From the NCBI RefSeq assembly GCF_009914755.1, contig NC_060926.1: a stretch of DNA of 64,000 nucleotides; one strand, written 5' to 3'. The notes under the pieces are model-generated. The model saw nothing but the letters and a program-made list of their open reading frames with translations. It had not been told where the DNA came from and did not search any database. This document shows, one piece after another, positions 20,067 to 45,070 of the stretch. The first letter of the stretch is position 1, and every line of letters starts with the position of its first letter. This stretch comes from the human T2T-CHM13v2.0 reference genome, Homo sapiens. The position numbers and the translations under genes are program-made.

Positions 20067-20859
20067 CTAGATTTAGAGGAACAAAAGAGGAGCAACTTCA
20101 AAGTTTTCAGAATGTGTTTTTCACAACAGAAATGCTTAATCTGAATTTTCTAAGTTAAATAGTTTCTCTTTTAAAATTCTTATTAGTGCATCTCCTAACA
20201 CAAAATCTACCTAAAATAAATTTGATTTTTTAAAGCAGGGAGGAGAAAGAAAAATGGTTGGGAATACTGACAAACTTAAAAACTGTTTTTAAAGTACTTA
20301 TTAAAACAAAGGCAAAGTCATTCTATTTTCCATACATGAAATAGATAATACCTTAATTCATATAACCCCAGAAAAGTTTTCAAGAGGTTTCATTTCTCCC
20401 CTTTTGGATTTATCTTCCCTGTCAGGCATAATAGCCATCTTTATTCACATTTTTGGAGGAGAATATTTATTGAATGTATGAGAAGTTAAAAGATGTGGTC
20501 AAGATTATAAAGCTCATAAATATCAGAGTAACAAAGAACCTTGATGTTTAGATTGGCTTCTATCTGATCCCTCAGCATAAGATGGGAAAGGTTCCTTGGA
20601 TAAGTTTTTAGAAGGCCTGGCTTCAACACTTACTAGAAATATGACCTTGAACACACAATTTTAGTCTTTCAACTCTAAGTGCGTCTTTGTAAAAAAATTT
20701 TTTTAATTTAAGCAAATATTTATTTGAAGATACTTAAAGAAATATGAAAAATCATGTAGCATTGAAATCTAAATTTTCAACTAAATGTAATTTTTCCTCA
20801 ATTTTACTACTTTTTAAAAATGTAGCACATAATTAATGATTTTGAGTTTCAGCTGAAAG

Positions 20860-21360
20860 GTTATATCAGCCCTGGATCTGTTTGTCTTAGATCCATTTCT
20901 GGCTGTTTGCCTGATCTGCTCCATCTCACAGAGCAGCTTGTGTTTCTCAGGCACCCCTATCAGTTGGCTTCAGCCAAAGCAAGACCCTGGGATGGGAGAC
21001 TGAAGGCAGGGAAGAAAGGAGAAGCCAAAGGATTATGTCATCTTGCCTTCTCTACTCTCACAGTCTCTAGGAGCATTTGCATTGTGTCCATTGCCCCAAC
21101 TTTTCTCTGAACAGTTCCACTACGGTTCCAACTATCTCCGGGTAACCTCACCCCAGGAATTTGGCATGGCCTTGCTTCTTCTGTATGTCCCTCTGACCTA
21201 CTGATGGCAGTGATTTCCTGTACTTGTCAATCTCCGTATTGCCTCCCAGTCCTTTGCCTTCTCAGTGCTATCACCTGCATAAACATTTTCCTACATTAAA
21301 AACCGCTCTACTCTAAATCCTCAAGTGATGTCTGTTCCCTGGTTAGACTCTAACTTATAC
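20860..21360. mobile_element. Old ERVL-type LTR (LTR33-like)
   Basis: Recognised motif ggagactgaaggcagggaagaaaggagaagcc. GC-richer than the flanks. Family tentative. Confidence 0.5.
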
Positions 21361-22539
21361 TCATGGGTACTCCAAACCGAAGTATTCCATATTAACAATT
21401 TTAAACTACAAACGTGTACATCAGAAACTTGATGAAATACGCATATTTCATAATTTCTCTGCTGTTAAAGTACTTAGTACCCTAAAAGCTTTAAAAGATC
21501 AATGCTGGAAATGTAAAGACTTCAGAAGACAAGTTCTAAAAAGGAATCTTTATAATGCATGCTATTTCCAGCCGTCATTCACTGATTGCTTTAACCTTGA
21601 GTTTATCTTTCTGCTGTTCTGGTTACTGATTCAAAATTAGGGGTATAAGAAAACAACCCAAAGATTACTTTTAAAAAATACAAAGTCAAAGTCAAATATT
21701 TTCCTAAGAAGGTAAGAGTGTTACAATTATAAAATTTAGGAGGAAAGTACGTTTTTAAAAGCACAGGACCCTGCAGAAAAACATTCAGCAGTCTCTACTT
21801 TACCTACCAAAAAAATATAAGTACACAGTATTTCTAAAATCTGACACTTTAACGTTCACTTTAAGAATGCTTAAAACTCATTCCAGCCATTTACCATACA
21901 CAGTCTCTAAAGTTTGTTGCAACAGATACAACTTTTAAAATTAGATTTCTTTGGCATATTTGGTACATATTGTACAAAAAAATTAAAATACATTGGTGAA
22001 AGACGGGGACACATTTTTATAGTTTGAAAAAAAATCAATGCTCTCGCCTTTGGGCCCATGGAAAGTTCAATTAAGTAGACTATAAAAGTCAAAATAAAGC
22101 TACTATTTTTCACTAGACAATTCCAATATTTTGCAGAACATACTGATTTTTTTATAAATTCACTCATTGATTCCACTTCTATCCTTGGGCCAAAAATGAA
22201 AAAAAAAAGTCTTAAAAATAACAAAAAGATTTAAAGTTCTATCTTTAACAACAGAGAGATGTCTAGGTGATTCCAATTCATTTTACTGGGCAATACACCA
22301 TATGAAGTCAATACTTAGGGTGGATGATAATTTGTGCAGAATGCTGACGATTCAAAAATACTCTGGAAACATGCCAAAACAATGAATTCATAAAAGAATC
22401 AGAAACCAGGGGTTTCCTGTATATGGCTTATTGTGATGGTCCAAGATAATAAAACCCTAAATAGGTACCTTGAAATATTACAAAAGCTCTTTGAACGAGA
22501 AGATCCATCTTTTGAGACAGACGTCAATAACTAGTAGAC

Positions 22540-23580
22540 CACTGGTTACATGTATGTATATGTTTGTCAAATTTCACTGGGACGTATGTTTGAGATATAT
22601 ACATTTTACTATATGTGAGTTATAACTCAATAAAGAACTGTTAACATAAATAAAAAGAAAAAACAACTACAGTAAGATGCAATTTCTCATTTATCGGGTT
22701 GACAAAAACTCAATTGTTTAACAAAACACTGTGAGGCTACAGAAAGCATGTTCTGTCTAATATTGCTAGTGGTAATACAAAGTGATACAACCCCCATAGA
22801 AGGGAATTTGGAGATGCATCACAAGATTTCATATGGATTTATCCTGTGACCTAGCAAATTCATTTATAGAAATCCATCTGAAAACTATATTGGCAAAAGT
22901 ATAAAAGATATATGCACAAAGCTATTCACTGCAGTACCATTTGTAATAGAAAAAGATTAGAGCACAAAACTTCCATCAGTAAGTGTTCTTGACAAAATTA
23001 ATTGAACTTGAATCTGATCAAGTCCCTAAATATAACTATCAATTTACTGGAAATACAAGAAACAGAAAAACATGTTGAATGACACCACCAGGATGTAATC
23101 TGCCCAATTCAGACTATAAGACAAACAATACAATTTCTTCAAAAAATAAATTACAAAATACAAAAGGATAGAGGAGCAAATCTACAAAAAAAAAAAGTAT
23201 AATGTACAGACCATATCTAGAAGCTTATTTAAATAATCTTTAAGACAAAATTTTTGAGACAATCAGGGAAATTTAACACTATATATTTGAAATTATTAAG
23301 ACATTAACATTTTTAGACATGGTAATAGTATTGTAGGCTTTTTAAAAATCTCTATTATTTCAGAAATATATGTTGAAATATTTATGGGTGAAATATTATG
23401 ATGTCTGTGATTTGCTTCAAAACAATCTGGCACAGGGGGTCATTTGTGGGTAGCAGTATAGAGGAAACAAGGGCCAAAAGTTGATCATTGTTGAAGCTGA
23501 ATGATGTGACATGGAGATTCACTATACAATTCAATCCAATTGTGCATATGTTTATAATTTTCTATAACATTTTTAAAAAG
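22540..23580 (+). mobile_element. Ancient L1ME/L1MC 3' fragments
   Basis: Degenerate ORF2-end and 3'UTR motifs such as attcactgcagtaccatttgtaatag and atgatgtctgtgatttgcttcaaaac. Confidence 0.55.
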
Positions 23581-25496
23581 AATTAATAGAGGCTTGAGCT
23601 GGACAAGAAGTATCTAAGCAAAGAAATTCAAATTTAAAAATAATTGCAAAGATCTCTTTTACAGTTAAAATACTGGGAATGTACAGTTACACACAATGTA
23701 CCAAAATTGGTCTCAGTTTTTAGCCCAACTCTATTATTTGTCTTCAGGTTCAATCTCAGCCTTTGAAAGACTAGATCACTGACTGTCCACTTCAGTCTTA
23801 TATAGCTGGCATCGCAGAAATTGTGCATGATCAATGACACAGTGATTATATAGATGACCATCACATCTAACTTGTTAATAATATCAGTAGTACAAATCAG
23901 ACAGGTAGCTAAGTATTCTAGATGTAACTTGAAGCAATAATCTCTTTATGTGCTTTAAATGTTAACATTTTATCATTTTATTTAAATATGTTTATATTTA
24001 ATATTGCCAGAGAAAAGTGCTGTAATAATTAACAATGATTATTAAAACTGTTAATTACATGTCTAAAAAAAGAGTTTATTTAAAAGGTAAAATAAACAGG
24101 GAAGTAGGCTGATAATACAAATATTTAGAGAGAATGTGTTAGCTATGTAATATTAAGAATAATAATACATTCTTTTTGAGCCTATGTATTTTTAATTCAA
24201 GTAATATATGAAAGAATAAGAGAGATACTATTATAATAATAATTCTAGTTAGTGTGGATTGTTTGGTATCTTAGCATTCAGGACATTAAAAAAAACTTTG
24301 AGTTGTATTTAATTTCCAGTTATTTAATTCCACTTAAGCCATGAGTCTTTTAAGAAAAAGTCCTATTTGGCAATTGTTCACAACTTACAAGAATAAATTA
24401 AAAGCAAAATGTCAACTTGCCACCTCTAAATTAAATTAGAAGACTCCAAAAAATAATGTACAGCAATATTCCCAATGCATCTTCCTTAATCCAGATATAA
24501 TAAAAAATGAAAACTGCATGAAGAAAAAAAAGCAAGTGTTAGAAAATGATGAAGTACCTAGGACACATTTTGTTCTCACTAACTGAAATTCAAAACAACA
24601 GACATTCCAAAATGCTTTAAAAGGACAATTCCTCATCATCATGAATCTACGGAGACTAAAAATGGAAGCAAAAGCTTGTCAAAATGATTGCTACAGACTG
24701 TGAACCATTTTCATTAAAGACAAGGGATTTTTTGAGATTTGCCAAGCTATGAATCTCAGGTACACAGTTATTTCTAGAAAAGCTTCTTCCTGAATTACAT
24801 TCCACTATAAACAAAAAGGTTACTGATGTTATTTAAAATGCCAGTTGAACGTGAGCATCTGTTTAACCGCACAAATATGTAAATACAGAGACCACAGTAG
24901 CCATCTAGCAGCTAACAGTGCTGAGAAATTATTGTTCCTGCACTTGATATTAAATTGTAAAAACCACAATAATTAAAAATCTGAAATATATTGATGCTTT
25001 CATAATGAGTCTATCACCAAAGAGAAATTCACTTTGATAAAATACTGATTTTAACACTCAACCATTCTACATTCAGCCAAAATGTCTTTTTTGGTACATC
25101 TCGAATGGATGGATGGTATTAGAAATATAAGTGTGTATATATACATGTATGAATATTTATTTATCTATTCCAATACTGACAAGGGTGTAGAGAATACATT
25201 TGTTTGGTATCTTTATTAAAACAATACCTTGGGAAAGAAATTTGGTAACAGGTCTCAAAAACACTAAAAAACACTCACACTTTTGGTCCAGATGTCCCAA
25301 TCATGGGAATTTTTCCTATGAGAGTAGAGGATTCTAAAACATGAAAAGTATCTATGCTTGAAGTAGCATAATTTCTATTATCACAAAATTGGATACATCT
25401 CAAATATCTAAAAATTGGGGTGGGATAATGCATGCATCTTTTTCTCTTTGGAGTACTTGTCACTCCTGTTTTTACCTAGTTAATTCTTTTGTATTA

Positions 25497-25770
25497 TATT
25501 TTTAATTGACATATTGTAATTGTGCATATTTATGGGCACAATTTGATGTTTTGATACATATATATGTTATATAAAATATACGTTAAATCAGGGTATTTTG
25601 CACGGCCATCGTCGTGTGCATTTATCATTTCTTTGTGGGGAGTATATTCAACAGCCTCTCTTCTGTTTTGTAATATACAATACCTCACTGTTACTCATCC
25701 TCACCCTACTGTGCAATAGAACACCAGAACTGATTCCTCCTATCTCATTGTAACTTCATACTTTATTGGC
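25497..25770 (-). mobile_element. L1MA-type 3' end
   Basis: ttttaattgacatattgtaattgtgcatatttatggg...tgtgcaatagaacaccagaac. Confidence 0.7.
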
Positions 25771-25980
25771 CTTGAGATCCCAATTCCAAAATCACTTCCT
25801 CAGAAAAGCCTTCCCTAACCACTCAGTGAAGATCAAATCCTATTATACACCAAACAGCATGGTTTTTATTGCAGTTTATACTTCGGATAATTTTACTTCC
25901 AGGCTTATTTGATAAACACTGACTCCTCTCCCTCCCCCAGCAAACAGTAAACTTCATAAAGGTAAGGGCTGACCATAGCC

Positions 25981-26876
25981 CAAGATGGCCGAATAGGAAC
26001 AGCTCCGGTCTACAGCTCTCAGCGTGAGTGACGCAGAAGACGGGTGATTTCTGCATTTCCATCTGAGGTACCGGGTTCATCTCACTAGGGAGTGCCAGAC
26101 AGTGGGCGCAGGTCAGTGGGTGGGCGCAACGTGCGCGAGCCGAAGCAGGGCGAGGCACTGCCTCACTTGGGAAGCGCAAGGGGTCAGGGAGTTCCCTTTC
26201 CGAGTCAAAGAAAGGGGTGACGAACGGCACCTGGAAAATCGGGTCACTCCCACCTGAATACTGCGCTTTTCCGACGGGCTTAAAAACCGGCGCATCACGA
26301 GATTATATCCCGCACCTGGCTTGGAGGGTCCTATGCCCACGGAGTCTTGCTGATTGCTAGCACAGCAGTCTGAGATCAAACTGCAAGGCGGCAGCGAGGC
26401 TGGGGGAGGGGCGCCCGCCATTGCCCAGGCTTGATTAGGTAAACAAAGCAGCCAGGAAGCTCCAACTGGGCGGAGCCCACCACAGCTCAAGGAGGCCTGC
26501 CTGCCTCTGTAGGCTCCACCTCTGGGGGCAGAGCACAGACAAACAAAAAGACAGCAGTAACCTCTGCAGACTTAAATGTCCCTGTCTGACAGCTTTGAAG
26601 AGAGCAGTGGTTCTCCCAGCACACAGCTGGAGATCTGAGAACAGGCAGACTGCCTCCTCAAGTGGGTCCCTGACCCCTGACCCCTGAGCAGCCTAACTGG
26701 GAGGCACCCCCCAGCAGGGGCACACTGACACCTCACACGGCAGGGTATTCCAACAGACCTGCAGCTGAGGGTCCTGTCTGTTAGAAGGAAAACTAACAAA
26801 CAGAAAGGACATCCACACCAAAAACCCATCTGTACATCACCATCATCAAAGACCAAAAGTAGATAAAACCACAAAG
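25981..26876 (+). promoter_or_regulatory. L1 5'UTR: CpG-rich internal sense promoter, YY1 site and antisense promoter
   Basis: The YY1 core CAAGATGGCC is at 25981-25990 and many CpGs are retained in 25981-26480. The antisense promoter is established for this L1 region, but its activity here is untested. Confidence 0.8.
26113..26421 (-). CDS. L1 ORF0 (antisense 5'UTR ORF), 102 aa from MAGAPPPASLPPCSLISDCC
   Basis: ATG at 26421 within ORF 26113..26490. The N-terminus matches primate L1 ORF0. GT donors follow nt +106 and +191. Confidence 0.75.
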   Translation of the reverse strand: MAGAPPPASLPPCSLISDCCASNQQDSVGIGPSKPGAGYNLVMRRFLSPSEKRSIQVGVTRFSRCRSSPLSLTRKGNSLTPCASQVRQCLALLRLAHVAPTH

Positions 26877-27893
26877 ATGGGGAAAAAACAGAACAGAAAA
26901 ACTGGAAACTCCAAAAAGCAGAGTGCCTCTCCTCCTCCAAAGGAACACAGTTCCTCACCAGCAACGGAACAAAGCTGGATGGAGAATGACTTTGACGAGC
27001 TGAGAGAAGAAGGCTTCAGACGATCAAATTACTCTGAGCTACTGGAGGACATTCAAACCAAAGGGAAAGAAGTTGAAAACTTTGAAAAAAATTTAGAAGA
27101 ATGTATAACTAGAATAACCAACACAGAGAACTGCTTAAAGGAGGTGATGGAGCTGAAAACCAAGGCTCGAGAACTACGTGAAGAATGCAGAAGCCTCAGG
27201 AGCCAATGCGATCAGCTGGAAGAAAGGGTATCAGCAACGGAAGATGAAATGAATGAAATGAAGCGAGAAGGGAAGTTTAGAGAAAAAAGAATAAAAAGAA
27301 ATGAGCAAAGCCTCCAAGAAATATGGGACTATGTGAAAAGACCAAATCTACGTCTGATTGGTGTACCTGAAAGTGATGGGAAGAATGGAACCAAGTTGGA
27401 AAACAGTCTTCAGGATATTATCCAGGAGAACTTCCCCAATCTAGCAAGGCAGGCCAACGTTCAGATTCAGGAAATACAGAGAACGCCACAAAGATATTCC
27501 TCGAGAAGAGCAACTCCAAGACACATAATTGTCAGATTCACCAAAGTTGAAATGAAGGAAAAAATGTTAAGGGCAGCCAGAGAGAAAGGTCGGGTTACTC
27601 TCAAAGGGAAGCCCATCAGACTAGCAGCGGATCTCTTGGCAGAAACCCTACAAGCCAGAAGAGAGTGGGGGCCAATATTCAACATTCTTAAAGAAAAGAA
27701 TTTTCAACCCAGAATTTCATATCCAGCCAAACTAAGCTTCATAAGTGAAGGAGAAATAAAATACTTTACAGACAAGCAAATGCTGAGAGATTTTGTCACC
27801 ACCACGCCTGCCCTAAAAGAGCTCCTGAAGGAAGCCCTAAACACGGAAAAGAACAACCGGTACCAGCCGCTGCAAAATCATGCCAAAATGTAA
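26877..27893 (+). CDS. LINE-1 ORF1p (338 aa RNA-binding chaperone)
   Basis: Full-length uninterrupted ORF with the REKG, ARR and YPAKLS motifs intact. Confidence 0.97.
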   Translation: MGKKQNRKTGNSKKQSASPPPKEHSSSPATEQSWMENDFDELREEGFRRSNYSELLEDIQTKGKEVENFEKNLEECITRITNTENCLKEVMELKTKARELREECRSLRSQCDQLEERVSATEDEMNEMKREGKFREKRIKRNEQSLQEIWDYVKRPNLRLIGVPESDGKNGTKLENSLQDIIQENFPNLARQANVQIQEIQRTPQRYSSRRATPRHIIVRFTKVEMKEKMLRAAREKGRVTLKGKPIRLAADLLAETLQARREWGPIFNILKEKNFQPRISYPAKLSFISEGEIKYFTDKQMLRDFVTTTPALKELLKEALNTEKNNRYQPLQNHAKM

Positions 27894-27941
27894 AGACCAT
27901 CGAGACTAGGAAGAAACTGCATCAACTAACGAGCAAAATAA

Positions 27942-31784
<3,843 letters not shown>

Positions 31785-33131
31785 ACAATGAGATCACATG
31801 GACACAGGAAGGGGAATATCACACTCGGGACTGTTATGGGGTTGGGGGAGGGGGGAGGGATAGCATTGGGAGATATACCTAATGCTAGATGACGAGTTAG
31901 TGGGTGCAGTGCACCAGAATGGCACATGTATACATATGTAACTAACCTGCACTATGTGCACATGTACCCTAAAACTTAAAGTATAATAAAAAATAAAAAA
32001 AAAGAAGACAAAAAAAAATAACATAGCCTGGGTGGCTTAAAAAAAAACAAAAAAAAAGGTAAGGGCTATATTTTGCTGACTATTGTATCTTCAAGGCAAA
32101 TAGTAGGCACATAATAAATATTTATGGGCTTGAACAATTAAATATTTAAAAGATTATGTGATAGACTATTAGGGAGAAAAGTATACATGATTTCATGCCT
32201 ATGTTTATCATGAGAAAAATAAAATATGTATTATGTTTATGTTTACATATATGTGTACAATAAACAGAAGTCAGGAATATGAAAAGTTTTGTTAGGATGA
32301 TAGTAATATAAGTGACTTTACCATAAAATTTCTTTGAATGTTCCCATAACATTAACTTATTTTAAAGTTATATAAACCAAATAAATAATTCCCTGGCTTT
32401 TAAGTGGTCGCCTTAGTTTGAGGAGATATGTCCCATGAATATACGGTAATCTCTCCAGAATAGAGTATCAAATGTGCTTTGAAATAATAACAATTGCCTT
32501 CTATAAAAAAAGATATTAACAATAAAAGGCAAAACAAACAAACCATGAAAATTTTAAATACAAATAACTTGTAAATTACGTAACAAGTTGCTTCACCTAA
32601 CCTGTTTTTTGATGCAGCCAAGTAATGAAAATACTGTTTTCAATGAACGCTATTATTTGCACAAGAGAGAATCACAGTGTGTGAGTAATCCTAAACTACA
32701 CATGGTCCTAAAATACTGTGCAAAATCACTTGCACATAATCTCCTTTCAAATCTAGCCTAGGTTCACCCTGGCTTGGAACATATATTTAAGCCAAAAACA
32801 GAATTCTAGAAAAGAGAGCACCTGAGGACATATTTGTATAGTGTTGGAGAAGGAGCCTTAATCAGATAATAGTCCATGGCTGGTAATTACTAACAATTTT
32901 TATTCTTCAGATTAAGTTGGAAGTTGTTGAAAGCCAATAAAATAACTGTCTTTAAAAAAATAAAGTTGAATTCAGACCTGAAAGAGTTGTTCTGAACATT
33001 AAATGGGTAATGTATGAATGCATGTAAACTATATAATGGTGTCCGAGAGCATTCGATAAATGTTAGCTGCTATTCACTATTATTTCTACTTGGGAGTTTC
33101 TAACAACTATTTGGAATGTCATTTATTTTCA

Positions 33132-33335
<204 letters not shown>

Positions 33336-34136
33336 TCATAAAAATAGAAAAATGACAAAGAAAGAATATCATGTTATTGGAAGTCAAAATATAATTAGGG
33401 CAACATGTTGACTTCAGATCTTATTTTTAAATATTTTTAAGCAAATATAAGAAATAATATATTACAATATTAATAATATATTTGAGGCCTCTATTTCTAG
33501 AAATTATTATAATATAGCCACTTTATTTCTTGCACAGCATTACTTCTGAAAGGGTACAGAGGGAATGCTTTCATCTAAGTTAGTACCATATATTGAAGAT
33601 TTTAGAAAATTATAATACCAAGCTACAAAGTATGACGACTGTTAACCCATTCTTTTTATTTAAAATGTGATAGACATCAACTGTGAATATTAAGTATCAC
33701 ATCATTATAAATCAAATTATATAAACAGATTTTTCAGTCATAGATGCATTTTTAACTTAGAAAAATCCAAATAATTTTAACTAATTTGAAAAAACGGTTG
33801 AAACTGAAAGCTAAAAGTTTAATACGTTGAAAAATATTAAAATGATGTAAAATGTCTGAGTAATCTACATCCAAATACATACAATGTCCTAGTCTGGTAT
33901 GATATGAAAACCATAACATAAAGTAAAACATAAGTGAGGGTTACTCTAAGTTCAAGTAGCATAAAGTACAATAACTTGAGTAAATCGAACAAAACATGTA
34001 CTTCCACCTCAATTATATGAATAATTCATCTGTGTCATATAAAGTAATTGGATTTATTAAGTAAATCATGGATCACATGACTATAGGAAGCTCTCAAATG
34101 ATTTCAGGCCAATCACAGTGAAAGAAAACAAGGGTA

Positions 34137-40574
<6,438 letters not shown>

Positions 40575-40772
40575 AAGAAAGCAAGGGTATCCTGACCACT
40601 GTTGAGGATTAACACAAACCCATTGTAAAGAACTGGCCGGTCATTCAATGTAACCAGAAAGTGAGCTTTCCATTATTAAAATTTTGAAAAATCAACATTC
40701 CAATTGTGTATCATTTCAAAAGTACATAATCCACTGTAAATAATAAAACAGAGTTGGAAGTAAGAAAAATAC

Positions 40773-40835
40773 CTGAGCTATCATTTCTCTGAATTGTCAT
40801 GAATGGTTGGTCTCTTTGATTCATGTTTTCCGTAT
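40773..40835 (-). CDS. CCDC148: CCDC148 candidate upstream/cassette coding exon (63 nt, phase 1-1), (D)TENMNQRDQPFMTIQRNDSS, internal ATG at 40824
   Basis: The minus strand reads ttctctcgtttccttaacAG|ATACGGAAAACATGAAT...GATAGCTCAG|GTattt. It has no stop codon. The 52 nt from the ATG leave phase 1, which joins exon 33328 in frame (G|AT AAT = D N). Confidence 0.75.
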
Positions 40836-41209
40836 CTGTTAAGGAAACGAGAGAACTAAAATTTCATAATATTATTTTATAAATGTTTTTAAAGCTGTGT
40901 TACTTGAAGTATTTTTAAAAGTAAGACCCAGGACTGGGTGCCATAATGCTTTTAATTTTATTAAAATTTGCTTTTCTTGCCCCTAGAAGCCTCCCTCTGT
41001 TAGTGTTTTTTCTGTGCCTTTCTTGTTCTTGGTCCTGTCCTTTCTATTTTTTCCCTCTTAATCCTCCTCCGCTGGATTGTTCCAGTGACTGATAAAAAAT
41101 TTGTTATTAGAAAGTTGTTATGTGTTTTATTTTGTGTTCCTGGGAGGAAAGAAATTACCTAAATTGAAGAATAAATTATTCACTACTTCTATTACAAGTA
41201 ATATGGCAC

Positions 41210-41600
41210 TTTTGGTAGATACAGAGATGCACCAGCCAGATCAAAGGACTCGCTGCCTTGCTGTGGGAATGCAGTCTACAGATAGCCTCCAGCTGTCACC
41301 CCCTTCAGGTTAGGACTCAGCTGCAGAGAAGAGCCTCGTCCAAAGGCATATGCTTTCCGGGGCAGCCCGTACCCAGTGACTGAGGAAGGCAGGGGTGTAA
41401 AGCTATTTGGGCCCAATGTAGGACACTCTGATACATAATATTTGCTCTGGAGCTTCCTGCCACGCTGGCCTAGACTTTGTTGGACCTGCATTGAAGTTGT
41501 TGTCTTCATCTGCCCAATCCCACTTCCTTCTTCTCCCTTTCACAGGTAAAGATGCCTGCTAAACATCTTCCACTCCACGCTCTTCTGGTGGCTCTTTAAA
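41210..41600. mobile_element. LTR16-like ERVL solo LTR
   Basis: Recognised motifs cagatagcctccagctgtc and ctcagctgcagagaagagcctcgtccaaagg. Confidence 0.55.
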
Positions 41601-43891
41601 TAACAGTACTCACTTTTCAAAAGTTTGTGTTCCATATCCACTAGGTTGAACTACCCATGTCTAGTGGCCCTTTCAGTAACCTAAACCTTCTTAAAAGGAG
41701 GAGAAGATAGTTAAGGTCCATGACTTTTGGAAACTCTGCCAAGTTACCAAGAATTCCTAAGTCCTTATTATAGCCTCCCCCTCCCTACCATAGCCTTCCC
41801 AGTTATTTTAATCTGCTTTAAGAGTATAACCTACAGACAGGAGTGGCAAATGTAAATGCACTCAGCAGCCATCAGTAAGTTAAAGGAGAGAAATGACAAG
41901 GAGCAAGACCACAGGAGTGGCAGAAAATTTGGAAAACTGAAGAGCATTCCACACCCAAAGATAATCAAATATACCTTTTTCCTTTTTATAACACAAGTAC
42001 CAGGCAAAGCACGCCTCCAGAAATAAATCTATGCTGGTTTGTTAGCTCTGGCCTACTGCATCCCCTCCCTAGTTTTCATTTAATTCTGCCATCCATAGCT
42101 TAGCTGTCCAAGTTTGCCATCTTTATCTCATAGGAGACCTCTCCTGTCCTCTTATTGGTTAGTTGTGTAGTTTTCTTTCATTGGAGAGCCAGCCCCTTTA
42201 GATTTAGGCCTCATTTTTCTTGGCATTGAGACTCAAACATTGAGGTTCTGAAACAAAATAGGATTTTGCAGATTCCCTTTTGGCTACCTTGGTCTAACCC
42301 TGTCTAATTTTTTCCTACTGGTTTTCAGAAGAAAATCATGCAAGCCATAAAATGTTTCTCACCATCTCTATGTACTTCAAATTTTAATTATGGCCATAAG
42401 AAATCTGACATTAGAATATATTCTGGAAATCAAAGTTGTAGCCAAATCTGTCTTCATGAACTGGAAACCTCATTTGGTTCCAACTATTTAGAAGACCAAG
42501 TGGAAATACTTCCTGACCTGCATACTTTAATCGTTATATATAAATCATGTATAATTTCTACTTGCCTTTCAAAAACATTGAGGGCCTGTGAACTAAAGCT
42601 GAGGTATTATAAAACTGATTTCATTGTAATGTTTCTTATGTGAGAGAAATGATTAGGCATTCAGATTTAGATCTGAAAAGTTCACAAGTAATTTACTTAG
42701 TTCAGTTCTCATTTTAGCACTTGAGATGATTGAGGCTCAGAAAAATGACCAAAATCATACACCTAGTCAGTAGCAGAACTTTCAGTTTCAAACTCTCACA
42801 TTATAATACAAACATCTCTGAAAATGAAGGTTTATTTCATAATTAATACACTGGCCAAACCCAACCTGAGCTGCAATCATTTGGTGGCAAACCTGACCCA
42901 AACTGAAGTTTACACTATGAATGTGAACATTCATACATTTATGTAAAAATATTAATCTGTTTAATTATGGGATGATGCCTGGGCCCCACCAGGGTTTCAA
43001 AAAATAATGGGCATATGTTCTTTATCCCATTTCTAAAAATCTGAAAAACCTAAAAACTATCTGGCTCCACATATTTCAGATAAGGGATTTATGAAACTGT
43101 ATTAAAACCAACATTTCCTGGTTCCCAAAGAAGTATACATCATCCAGGCTATTTCAATTTTATGTTTACTAGTGAGAAATTCAAAGTGGCCACATCAGCC
43201 TGTTGTTAAAATACTTTTGGCTGCATAACTGCTACTTGAACAGAATTTTTTATGTTAAATAATTTAAGAACAGTTAGTTTTATAAATTATTCCATATTCA
43301 CATTATATGACATTTTAGAAATTGCTCATGAATGTTATCAAAATGCTAAGCCTTTTAGATCTACTCAATTATGGAAAATATCTTAAAATAATACTTTTGT
43401 AAGAAATTTCTTATAGCACAGGAAGAACACTTTGATATATAATGGAATGATAGTGTCACAATAGCTAGAGGGTTGAAAAACATTTTAGTGAAAAGTTAAT
43501 TATTACAGAGTTGATGGGGAATCTAAACTTTTGTAAAATAGATAAATAAATGATATTTATCTATTTATGACCAGTCTCTACAGGGAAAAATCAGGACTTC
43601 TTTAGAGATGTGAAAAAATAAGAGAGAGATCATTTATATAAGGAGGCAGTTTTTTTTAACACTGTTAATATTCTTATTCTTCTCTTTTCTAAGAAAATCT
43701 TTTTTTAATACACTGAGGAAGGAAAAAGTCAATTATATTTAGGGTTAAGGTTGTACTACATATGGATAGCATTTAAACTCTAAACTGATTATAAATATGT
43801 AGACTAGTCAATCACCCCATGACGGTGAGTCTTCTATAATGGGGATTCTGCCAGGCGAAATGATGTTAAAAACAATACCAATATGTAGAAA

Positions 43892-45070
<1,179 letters not shown>

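Noticed and set aside
25823-26964. Other antisense ORFs over the L1 5'UTR (25823..26230, 26572..26964) and similar ones at 34118-35540
   Set aside because: These are generic alternative-frame ORFs of GC-rich L1 UTRs. Only ORF0 has established support.
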